Assembly (NCBI GenBank): GCA_038999435.1
Contig: JAVZYR010000009.1
Span: forward strand, 1-23,033
DNA: 23,033 nucleotides
Source of the DNA: Candidatus Aenigmatarchaeota archaeon
GTDB lineage: Archaea > Aenigmatarchaeota > Aenigmatarchaeia > QMZP01
Direction of reading: 5' to 3'
The notes beneath the pieces were generated by a model. The model saw nothing but the letters and a program-made list of their open reading frames with translations, ran no database searches and was not told where the DNA came from. The translations under genes were made by a program, and so were the position numbers. Below, one piece after another: positions 1 to 8,310 of this stretch (positions are counted from its first letter, which is position 1; each line of letters starts with the position of its first letter).

Positions 1-1003
1 CTGCATAGTCATCTTCATTCTCTTTTGTAAATTTCTCAGGAGATTTGTATCCAATCCATTTTTCTTCTGCCTTTTTAAATGTGGCGATGTTTGAAATTAT
101 ATCAATTATATAAGCCCTAAATCTCCAATTTTGGTATCTTGAAATCCATCCACGGAAGATATCTGCAATGGATATAAGCTCATATACGCGGTATAATTTT
201 TCTCCATCATATTCTAATTGTGCATTTTGTTCAACCCAACTAAGTATCTCTTCAGGATCCCTATCACACGTACTTATCGCCTTTCTTGCTATTGTAGGAC
301 TTCCTGATCTAAATATCTTTTGAAGAACGTCAAAGATGTTACTTTCTCTCTCTCTAAAACCTAATACTTTTAGGTCAGCCTCTGAAATTACCTTTTTCCC
401 TTGTGCAATCAATTGCAAATCTGATATTGCTGAACGGATATCCCCATTTGACAATCTTGCAAGCTCTTTTAGGCAGTTATCATTTACATCGATATTTTCT
501 GCTTTGCATATTTGTAAAAGCCTTTTTTCAATTATAGGGGCTGGTATTTTTGTGAATTTGACAATATGACAGTAAGAGAGAAGAGGCCTTAATCTTTTTG
601 ACCATGGATTTGTTGCGGTTAGAAAAATTGGATAGCTTGATTTCTTTATTAATTCGATTATAGCAGTGATTGCTCCTCTATCATTCGAAGAAAGTGCATC
701 TATGTCATCTATAAGTATCAATCTTCCTTTGCTCCATATAGGTTGTGTTAGAATTACCTGAGAAAATCTTTTCATCTCCTCTGAACTTCTTGGTTCTGAT
801 GCACCTATATGTACAAATTCATAACCTTTCCATTTTGCAATAAGCTCTGCTATAATTGTTTTGCCTGTGCCTGTTGGTCCTGTAATCAATAGCCCTTTAC
901 CTGGGTTAAAAACAGAAAGCCATTCTATTATCTCTTTAACAGCCTTTGTCTGATTGAGAAAATCTGATATCTCTTTTGGTTTATATTTATCTGTCCACAG
1001 CAT
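1..1003 (-). CDS. rfcL: Replication factor C large subunit (AAA+ clamp loader); 3' end runs off the window
   Basis: Not in the ORF track. Manual translation from ATG 1003 gives MLWTDKYKPKEISDF...LLITGPTGTGKT (Walker A)...HIGASEPRS...LILIDDID...PIFLTATNPW...NGDIRSAISDLQ...LGFRERESNIFDVLQKIF. The frame is open to the window edge. Confidence 0.93.
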   Translation of the reverse strand, partial: MLWTDKYKPKEISDFLNQTKAVKEIIEWLSVFNPGKGLLITGPTGTGKTIIAELIAKWKGYEFVHIGASEPRSSEEMKRFSQVILTQPIWSKGRLILIDDIDALSSNDRGAITAIIELIKKSSYPIFLTATNPWSKRLRPLLSYCHIVKFTKIPAPIIEKRLLQICKAENIDVNDNCLKELARLSNGDIRSAISDLQLIAQGKKVISEADLKVLGFRERESNIFDVLQKIFRSGSPTIARKAISTCDRDPEEILSWVEQNAQLEYDGEKLYRVYELISIADIFRGWISRYQNWRFRAYIIDIISNIATFKKAEEKWIGYKSPEKFTKENEDDYA

Positions 1004-1029
1004 TTTTATTTGTTTTCTTAAAGATTAAT

Positions 1030-1521
1030 ATGTCAGTTAGGCTTCTGAGCCCAAGGCTAACAGTTCTTTTGCTGACAAGGGATAAGGGTGGAGATGTGAG
1101 GGCAGCACCATTTTCATGGATAATTCCTATTTCTTTTAAACCACCTCTCATTGTTGTTGCTATAAGCAAGGAGAACATGGGAACCCTGCCAAACATAAAA
1201 AGGGAAGGCATGTTTACCATAAACATTGTTTCTTTATCATGGGCTGAGAAGGCGATAAAATGTGAGAAACTAAAAAGACCTTTAAAAGTTGGACTTAAAA
1301 TAAAAGAAATTGGTTTTCCTGTTCCAGTCATAGCTGAAGCAAAGGCATGGATGGCATGCAGGCTCAAAGACATCATTGATTGTGGAGGAGACCATGTGAT
1401 TGTGATTGGTTGCATAGAAAAACAGAGGCCTGAGAAATGGAAAAAAGAAATTCAGCCACTTCTTCATATCAGTGGAGATGAATTTGCATATATTGGAGAA
1501 ATTAAAAAGATAAAAAGATAG
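1030..1521 (+). CDS. Flavin reductase-like FMN-binding split-barrel protein
   Basis: Motifs LLSPRLTVLL, AAPFSW, PPLIVVAI, TLPNIK..G.FTINI and GGDHVIVIG. Start moved to ATG 1030 because the TTG at 976 overlaps rfcL. Confidence 0.85.
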   Translation: MSVRLLSPRLTVLLLTRDKGGDVRAAPFSWIIPISFKPPLIVVAISKENMGTLPNIKREGMFTINIVSLSWAEKAIKCEKLKRPLKVGLKIKEIGFPVPVIAEAKAWMACRLKDIIDCGGDHVIVIGCIEKQRPEKWKKEIQPLLHISGDEFAYIGEIKKIKR

Positions 1522-2142
1522 CTACCATGTCTTGATCCTTATTTTTACAACACCACCCTCATCTAAGAGTAGCTGCTTTTCTGTAACCTTTATTTCAGTA
1601 AACTCTGCCGGTTCGATGCCCCATGCAAAGACTGAGTTATTAATCTCAAATTCGATCCTTATCCCTTCTTTTTGTTCAGTTCCGAGTAATTGCTGAATCT
1701 TTGCAAAGGATACCCTTTTTTCTTTTATAGCTGAAAAACTCTCAGAAAGGTTCGCTTTTGTTATATTTATTTCATCTTTGCAAGTATGCCAACTGCCTTG
1801 CGAAAGATAAATCGTAAAATAATTCCAGCCATTTACAAGCTGTGCATTCCAATATACCTTCCCACCTTCGACATGGCATGGCAGGCTTTGGCCATCATGA
1901 AACACAGCAACAGATTCTGCTGAAAATGGCAGCACAGCATAGAGTGTTTCATTGCTTGCATTTTGCGAATAAAATCTAACAGGTATGCTCCAAAAATCAA
2001 CTGACAAATTTTCTAAATATAATTGAGATATTTGTGAATGGAAATCAATCCTTTCAGAAGGTAACATAGAAATAAAATAACCAAATGACCAGGAAAATAT
2101 CAGTAGAAAAATTGCCAATCCAACCATCCAATCAAGATGCAT
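1522..2142 (-). CDS. Hypothetical protein with N-terminal membrane anchor or signal
   Basis: 206-aa ORF with a hydrophobic N-terminus (LDWMVGLAIFLLIFSWSF) and a beta-rich remainder. It starts 3 bp after the upstream stop. Confidence 0.75.
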   Translation of the reverse strand: MHLDWMVGLAIFLLIFSWSFGYFISMLPSERIDFHSQISQLYLENLSVDFWSIPVRFYSQNASNETLYAVLPFSAESVAVFHDGQSLPCHVEGGKVYWNAQLVNGWNYFTIYLSQGSWHTCKDEINITKANLSESFSAIKEKRVSFAKIQQLLGTEQKEGIRIEFEINNSVFAWGIEPAEFTEIKVTEKQLLLDEGGVVKIRIKTW

Positions 2143-2145
2143 ATA

Positions 2146-2637
2146 TTATTTTTGTTTTGGCATGCTAAAAAGCCAGATCGACCAAAGTCCAACAGCAAAT
2201 CCAATAATGGCAAATTGCCAGAAAAAGTTGTGTAGTGATTGCGCTATCTCTATACCAAAGTTTAGCCTTATGTGTATAAGATTTATGATTCTTACTATGT
2301 TCATAAACCATAAAAGAGGAAGACATATAATAATTCCAAAAATTTTGTATCTCATCTTCATGCTATGTACTGCAAATATGAGGCATGCAAGAAATGTCAT
2401 TATTTCTATAGACAAGCATTGTCTGTTTATCAGAAAGCTCGTTTCATCCACAAAAAGAACACCATTATCAGAATATACATCTTGGCCAAGAAACTGGAGC
2501 AATACTGTAAGATTTTTAATAAGAAATGATTGAAGTAAACTAAAATCTATAAAACCAACAATAGGAAATATGAAAATAGATAGTGTGATGAATCTTAAAA
2601 GAAATATTATCGTGTTTTTTATCCTTTCTTCATTCAT
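2146..2637 (-). CDS. Exosortase/archaeosortase family membrane protein
   Basis: Multi-TM protein with family-like spacing of Cys (INRQCLSI), Asn-x-x-Arg (MNIVRI) and His (SLHNFFW). Confidence 0.8.
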   Translation of the reverse strand: MNEERIKNTIIFLLRFITLSIFIFPIVGFIDFSLLQSFLIKNLTVLLQFLGQDVYSDNGVLFVDETSFLINRQCLSIEIMTFLACLIFAVHSMKMRYKIFGIIICLPLLWFMNIVRIINLIHIRLNFGIEIAQSLHNFFWQFAIIGFAVGLWSIWLFSMPKQK

Positions 2638-3131
2638 ATATATTTTTCGATTGCTTCGTTTATGCTTTGTCCTTGGAGTATCACATCAGCAATAACATTA
2701 TCTCTTAGCTTCTCAAAATCAACCCTTTTTTCATACATCTTCATTTTCCTTTCTATTTTTGATATCAAAGACCTCACACTTTTCCATGCAAATATCGCAG
2801 CTGCCAGAGAATCTTTTTGGTGTCTATCCCATGCAGGGATATCTGATTTAAAATATTCCCTAATAAGCTTATGCTTTTCCTCTCTTGTCAAAGAATGCTC
2901 TGGTGTGATCAGCCTTGCTGAAAATGTTGCTGCTAATTTTTCAATCTTCTTTGGTGGAATGCATCTATCAGAAGCAAATATCACAGGGCGTGCTATGGAC
3001 GAGATAAATCTAACAATTTCCTGAAATGTCATCCCTCTTTTTGATATACTTACGATAATCTTACCATCAGGGCTAAGGAGTGTTATACCTGTTGTTATGC
3101 CAGGGTCTATACCCACAATGACCGGCTTCAA
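2634..3131 (-). CDS. DUF460-like RNase H-fold predicted nuclease (short form)
   Basis: Motifs IVGIDPGITTG, PVIFASD..P....EKLAATF, L...EK and HQKDSLAAA. The TTG start overlaps the upstream TGA and is preceded by an SD-like GAGGTG. Confidence 0.8.
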   Translation of the reverse strand: MKPVIVGIDPGITTGITLLSPDGKIIVSISKRGMTFQEIVRFISSIARPVIFASDRCIPPKKIEKLAATFSARLITPEHSLTREEKHKLIREYFKSDIPAWDRHQKDSLAAAIFAWKSVRSLISKIERKMKMYEKRVDFEKLRDNVIADVILQGQSINEAIEKYI

Positions 3132-3349
3132 GCCCCACCTCTTTTTATTCTTCTTGCTATATATTTAAAAAATTTAACCGTTTTCTTTCTTTCGAGATAC
3201 ATCGCAGCAACAATTGCACCAACTATTGCACCGAGTGAAAATGTCACAGATGACCATTTAATTTGTTTTGCACTTAATTCATGGGAAAGATTTAATGATG
3301 CAAGAAAAAGGATAACCAAAATAGCCAAACTGATTATTTTTCTTTTCAT
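3128..3349 (-). CDS. Small two-TM membrane protein
   Basis: 73 aa with two hydrophobic segments and a basic tail. ATGA overlap with the EF-2 stop and TTGA overlap with the next gene. Confidence 0.7.
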   Translation of the reverse strand: MKRKIISLAILVILFLASLNLSHELSAKQIKWSSVTFSLGAIVGAIVAAMYLERKKTVKFFKYIARRIKRGGA

Positions 3350-5508
3350 GCCTCAATACCCTTCCTTTGTCTTATTTGTTTTATCACCTTCGCTTCAAGT
3401 TCTTTTGGCATCGGCTCGTATACAACATCAACCAAAGAATAAAATCCCGTTCCTCCTGTTGCTGATTTTAGCGCAGAGTTAAAACCAAAAAGTTCAGAAA
3501 CGGGTATTTTTGTCTTTATAATTGTTAGTCCCCTCTCCTCTCTCATTTCAAGTATCTGGCCCCTTCTATTCGATATCTCTCTTGTTGCAGCACCAACATG
3601 CTGTGTTGGGGCATCAATCCTTATAATCTGCTTTGGCTCAAGTATGAATGGATTTGCTGCAAGCATGGCTTCGCGTATAGCCTGTCTGACAGCTGGTATG
3701 ACTTGTGCAGGCCCTCTATGGATCGCATCTTCGTGGAGCTTTGCATCAGTTAGTATAACCTTTACAGCAGCACATGGTTCTGCTGCTAAGGGCCCTGATT
3801 CAACTGCTTCTTGAAATGCCTGCTTTACCATCTCTATAACTTCAAGTATGGCATGTACACCATAAGTCATGTCAATAAAAAGGCATTTGTTGTGTATAAG
3901 TTTTACATTTTTTGCTTGTTCTTTGTCAAGGCCAAGCTCGACAAGTTTGTTTTGAAGTTCGACATTCTTTCTTTTTATGTCCTGATCGATTATCTCACCA
4001 GCAATCATTGCATTGTATATTTTTGGTTCAAGTGGCTCAACAACAATGTAAAATCTGTTATGCTTGTTTGGCGATTTCCCTTCAATAGCATTGGACTTGC
4101 TCTTTACAGATTCATTGTATATAACAATAGGTGGTGATGCCTGAACTTCTATACCAAGGTCTTTCAATGGCCTCTCTATTTTTGCATCAATGTGAAGTTC
4201 ACCAAGTCCAGAAACTAGGTACTCTCCTGTATCTTCATTTATTTTTATGTGAAATGTTGGGTCCTCTCTGCTAACCTTTTTTAGAAATTCTATAAATTTG
4301 CCAAGTTGTGTTGGATTTTTTGGCTCAAGCGCTTTTGTAACAACAGGCTCAAATATGTGTTTTATCTCCTCAAATCCTACTATAGGATTTTGTGGTTCAC
4401 ATATAGTCTCGCCGGATGATGCATCTTTTATGCCAACTATACCTACTATGTTACCTGCGACAACCTCATCCATAGGAAGTCTATGCTGACCTTTGTAAAG
4501 AGAAACCTGCTGTATCTTCTCTGCTTTATTTCGTACAGTCAGCCAAACATCCTGACCTTTATACATCTTTCCTGAAAATATCCTAACTGTTGCAACATAT
4601 CCAGCATGCGGATCTGGGTAAACCTTTGTTACAATAGCTGCAAGCCTACCAGAGATGTTACATGACATCATATCCTTTGCTATCTCTGAGTTTATGTCAC
4701 CCGGCCATATCTTTGGTATTCTGTACTTTTGGGCTTCAATCGGGTTTGGGAGATGTTTTATGACCATGTCAAGTATAACATGATGTAAAGGTGCAATCTT
4801 TGCAAGTTCGTCCTCTTTGCCAGCATTTGTATCATCAATAATCCTCTTAAATGTTAGGCTTGTCCTTTTCATAAGAGGGATTGATATTGCCCATTTTCGT
4901 ACAGCAGAGCCGAATGCAACAGAGCCATCCTCAACCCTTACCATCCATTTGTCAGCAAACTCTTTTTCTCCATATTTTTGTATCAGAATATTAGCTTCTG
5001 TTATAATTGCCTTGAATCTCTCCTGCATTTCTTCAGGTGTTAACTTTAGCTCTTTTATGAGCCTATCAACCTTGTTGATGAAAAGTACTGGTTTAACCCT
5101 TTCTCTCAGTGCTTGTCTGAGAACAGTCTCTGTTTGTGGCATGATACCTTCAACTGCATCCACAAGCACAATTACACCATCTACTGCACGCATCGCACGT
5201 GTTACATCACCACCAAAATCAACATGCCCAGGTGTATCGATAAGATTTATAAGATAGTCATTTCCTTCAAATTCGTGGACCATAGATGCATTTGCAGCAA
5301 AAATTGTTATCCCACGTTCCCTTTCCTGTTCATCGAAGTCCATAGCAAGCTGTTTTCCTGCAAGCTCTTCTGATATCATACCTGCACCAGCAAGCAGACT
5401 GTCAGATAGTGTTGTTTTGCCATGGTCTATATGTGCAACTATCCCGATGTTTCTTATAAATTCTGCCTTTCGCATCAATTCCTTGATTACTTCTGTTTTT
5501 TCCTTCAT
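3346..5508 (-). CDS. fusA: Archaeal translation elongation factor EF-2
   Basis: Motifs AHIDHGKTT, RGITI, DTPGHVDF, NKVD and the diphthamide loop LHEDAIHRGPAQ. ATG 5508 preferred over TTG 5532 because a TTAAATA box lies about 27 nt upstream. Confidence 0.97.
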   Translation of the reverse strand: MKEKTEVIKELMRKAEFIRNIGIVAHIDHGKTTLSDSLLAGAGMISEELAGKQLAMDFDEQERERGITIFAANASMVHEFEGNDYLINLIDTPGHVDFGGDVTRAMRAVDGVIVLVDAVEGIMPQTETVLRQALRERVKPVLFINKVDRLIKELKLTPEEMQERFKAIITEANILIQKYGEKEFADKWMVRVEDGSVAFGSAVRKWAISIPLMKRTSLTFKRIIDDTNAGKEDELAKIAPLHHVILDMVIKHLPNPIEAQKYRIPKIWPGDINSEIAKDMMSCNISGRLAAIVTKVYPDPHAGYVATVRIFSGKMYKGQDVWLTVRNKAEKIQQVSLYKGQHRLPMDEVVAGNIVGIVGIKDASSGETICEPQNPIVGFEEIKHIFEPVVTKALEPKNPTQLGKFIEFLKKVSREDPTFHIKINEDTGEYLVSGLGELHIDAKIERPLKDLGIEVQASPPIVIYNESVKSKSNAIEGKSPNKHNRFYIVVEPLEPKIYNAMIAGEIIDQDIKRKNVELQNKLVELGLDKEQAKNVKLIHNKCLFIDMTYGVHAILEVIEMVKQAFQEAVESGPLAAEPCAAVKVILTDAKLHEDAIHRGPAQVIPAVRQAIREAMLAANPFILEPKQIIRIDAPTQHVGAATREISNRRGQILEMREERGLTIIKTKIPVSELFGFNSALKSATGGTGFYSLVDVVYEPMPKELEAKVIKQIRQRKGIEA

Positions 5509-5533
5509 AATTTTAAAATAATATACCAGCAAT

Positions 5534-6100
5534 CTATTTAAGCTTGGTTTCTATCTTTGCTATTTCAGCAAATCTGACAGGGTATATCTTTGAGCACTCC
5601 TTTTTAATTCTTTTTTGTATATTTCCGCTGATCACATCAAGAAGGAATTTTTTAAAATCAGATTTTGATATAGTATCTTCAAGTATTTGCCCTATCCTTT
5701 TTCTTACAGCCTTTCCTATTGTTGTGTACACAACTTTATTCATAACAACTTGTGTTTTTATATGCATGATTAAACCATTTTTACTCTTTATATCATTTAC
5801 GGCTTCAATCTTCTGGGTATCTTTTCTAACAACCCTTGCAAGATGTTCTCTAAGTGTATAAAAGGCTATTGGGCGTGCAAATACCTTTCCGTTATCAAGC
5901 TGTTCTATTTTAAATTTAATTTTCATATGAGCATCTGAATCTTTGCCTGTAAGTTCATCTACACCAATCTCAACTACTCTTCCTATAATCTGCTTTGGAT
6001 CTGTTGCAGGTATTTCTCCAATCTCCTTATCCTTAAAAGGTTCATATGCTAAGATAGTGTACCAATCCTTTTCTTTCCACCTTTTCTTTTCCTCTTGCAT
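5534..6100 (-). CDS. rps3ae: 30S ribosomal protein S3Ae (eS1)
   Basis: Motifs KRWKEKDWYTILA, IGRVVE...ELTG and KIYPVRFAEIAK. SD-like AGGTGG just upstream of the ATG. Confidence 0.92.
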   Translation of the reverse strand: MQEEKKRWKEKDWYTILAYEPFKDKEIGEIPATDPKQIIGRVVEIGVDELTGKDSDAHMKIKFKIEQLDNGKVFARPIAFYTLREHLARVVRKDTQKIEAVNDIKSKNGLIMHIKTQVVMNKVVYTTIGKAVRKRIGQILEDTISKSDFKKFLLDVISGNIQKRIKKECSKIYPVRFAEIAKIETKLK

Positions 6101-7472
6101 ATTCCACCTTATCTAAATTTTGTTTTTGGCTATTTAAAATCAAGAGCTTTTCAACATTTTCTATAAAAACATTTTCTGTTCCACTTGGTATGATTGCTCC
6201 TGCTGCCTTTGCATGTCCCCCTCCTTCCCCACCAATGGCCTTTGCAGCTAATGAAACAACCTCTTTTAGATTTCCGTTACTTGCCCTGGCAGATATCTTT
6301 ATATTGCCATCTTCTGTCTTTACAAATGAAAAGATTGGTTTTTCAAAATACGACCTTGAAAGAATAGATGTGATGTTAGATATCACATGCTCTGATATAG
6401 CATCACCTGCTAAAAGATATACTGCTTTATCTGTCTCTTTAAAAGGCTTATTTTTAGTTATCCAGTCAAGTGCCTTACCTATCTCTTTTCTGTATGCCTC
6501 AATTATAGCATAGATATCTTCATCTACAGGATTATTAATACATAAAGACAATCCGAGCCATGCCTTTCCCATCTTTCCGCATGCATTGATAAGTGTTGCA
6601 AACTCATTAGCATCCTTTTGTTGCCTTTTTACAAGCTCATACACATCACCAAATATCCATTCTGGATTTGTCTGCCCACCTCTTATTCTCTCTTTTATTA
6701 TCTCATCTGCAAGTTTTCTTTGTTCTTCTATACTCAAGTTATCAAGAGTTGTCCATTGCTCCCCTTTTTTTATTTCTATGCCAATTTCTTGCAGAAATTG
6801 CAATGCGCCTGATTCAGAGCCGGTTATGCCAGGTATGAACGGATCTACTGAATATGCTAATGCCTTGTAGAGCGGTCTTGTTATCCTTCCCCATAATCTT
6901 AAACCTTTTTTAATTTTTATCATACCTGCATTCTCTGCATCCTTTAATATCTCTCTATTTAAACCAAAAAGTCCCCATTCAGGCCCTACAGAGCCCATTT
7001 GAGAATCCCCTATTGCACCAATGACAGCCAGTTCTGCAAGCTCCTGATTCTTGCTAGAAATCGCCCTTGCAATGAGATATGCAACACCAGAGCCTGAAAC
7101 ATCTTCTATTATATCAGTAAGTACAGGGTTTATGTGAAGAATATTTTTTGCCTCTCCTTGTGGTTGATGATGATCACAAACAATGACATTTTCAAATTTC
7201 GACAACGCATCGAGCAGCCCTGCTCCCATATCAAGGAACATTACTATATCATTTTGTTCAGCTTTCAATCTTTCTATGTCTTCTGTTCTAAGCTGTTTTA
7301 AAAATGTTATGTGGAATGGTTTATCTTCTTTTAAAAGGGCTTTTGCAATAATTGCTGCTGCACTTATACCATCTGCATCATAATGGCTTATGATTCTTAT
7401 CTTTTTTGCCGTTTTAATAACCTCTGCTGCCTTTTTTGCCATTTCAATCAATCTCTCAATTTTCTCCCTCAT
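6042..7472 (-). CDS. RecJ-like DHH/DHHA1 phosphoesterase of the family usually linked to rps15/rps3ae
   Basis: Motifs ISHYDADG, FLDMG, CDHH, SGSG, GAIGD, ISAR and GGGHAKAAGA. Confidence 0.92.
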   Translation of the reverse strand: MREKIERLIEMAKKAAEVIKTAKKIRIISHYDADGISAAAIIAKALLKEDKPFHITFLKQLRTEDIERLKAEQNDIVMFLDMGAGLLDALSKFENVIVCDHHQPQGEAKNILHINPVLTDIIEDVSGSGVAYLIARAISSKNQELAELAVIGAIGDSQMGSVGPEWGLFGLNREILKDAENAGMIKIKKGLRLWGRITRPLYKALAYSVDPFIPGITGSESGALQFLQEIGIEIKKGEQWTTLDNLSIEEQRKLADEIIKERIRGGQTNPEWIFGDVYELVKRQQKDANEFATLINACGKMGKAWLGLSLCINNPVDEDIYAIIEAYRKEIGKALDWITKNKPFKETDKAVYLLAGDAISEHVISNITSILSRSYFEKPIFSFVKTEDGNIKISARASNGNLKEVVSLAAKAIGGEGGGHAKAAGAIIPSGTENVFIENVEKLLILNSQKQNLDKVEYARGKEKVERKGLVHYLSI

Positions 7473-7498
7473 ATCTTTTATTGTGGAAAAATTAAAAT

Positions 7499-8308
7499 AT
7501 GTGGCTCATTAGATTTGCAGAATTCACACTTAAGTCAGAAAGGACAAGAAAGAGATTTGAAGATGCACTTTTTTCAAATCTGCGCACAGCACTTAACGGG
7601 CTCGATGTTGCTATCAAAAGAGATTGGGGAAGGATGTATGTTTATGGAAAAGATGAAAAAAGGGCAGAAAAAATACTTAAAAGGGTTTTTGGCATATCAT
7701 CATTTTCGTACTGTTTGAAAACAGAAAATGATATGAATAGTATGCTTAAAACTATTTCAGGACTTCTTGTAGGGTGCAAAACATTTGCGCTCAGGGTAAG
7801 AAGGGCAATAAAAACAGGTCCAACATCTCTTGAGATTGAAAAAGAGCTTGGAAAAATGGTAAAAGAAAAAATGGATATTGCTGTTGATCTCGAATCACCA
7901 GAGAGGGTTGTATGGATTGAGATAAGAGATGATGGTGCATATATCTATACAGATAAGATAAAAGGTGTTGGTGGCTTTCCGATTGGCGTACAGGGTATGG
8001 TAGGTATATTGATTAGAAATAAACACGACATGCTTGCAGGATGGCTTATGATGAGAAAAGGTTGTAGACCATTTCCGATGTATATAAAAATGAAAAGTTT
8101 TGGACAAAAATTCTTTTCAAAATGGGCATTTTATGAACCAGAATACGCAATTTTTAAAAAAATAGATGATGCGATGGAGTTTGCAAAAAGATATAACATT
8201 GCTGTTGCAGTCGGAGACAGGAAGTTGAGAAGATATCCTATACATGTCTTTAGACCTTTGTTCGCAATAGATATAAACAGGTTTTATAGGTTGGCAGGAC
8301 TAATCTAA
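7499..8308 (+). CDS. THUMP-domain ThiI-like protein with degenerate catalytic domain
   Basis: ThiI-type N-terminus (LIRFAEFTLKS..TRKRFE..L..N, RVFGISSFS), THUMP (TFALRVRR, VDLESPE), then GVGGFPIGVQG and WLMMRKGC. No SGGxDS motif. Confidence 0.85.
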   Translation: MWLIRFAEFTLKSERTRKRFEDALFSNLRTALNGLDVAIKRDWGRMYVYGKDEKRAEKILKRVFGISSFSYCLKTENDMNSMLKTISGLLVGCKTFALRVRRAIKTGPTSLEIEKELGKMVKEKMDIAVDLESPERVVWIEIRDDGAYIYTDKIKGVGGFPIGVQGMVGILIRNKHDMLAGWLMMRKGCRPFPMYIKMKSFGQKFFSKWAFYEPEYAIFKKIDDAMEFAKRYNIAVAVGDRKLRRYPIHVFRPLFAIDINRFYRLAGLI

Positions 8309-8310
8309 AT

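Noticed and set aside
3346..5508. Possible non-canonical EF-2 paralog or intein
   Set aside because: Normal length, intact G motifs, canonical HRG diphthamide loop and no insertion.
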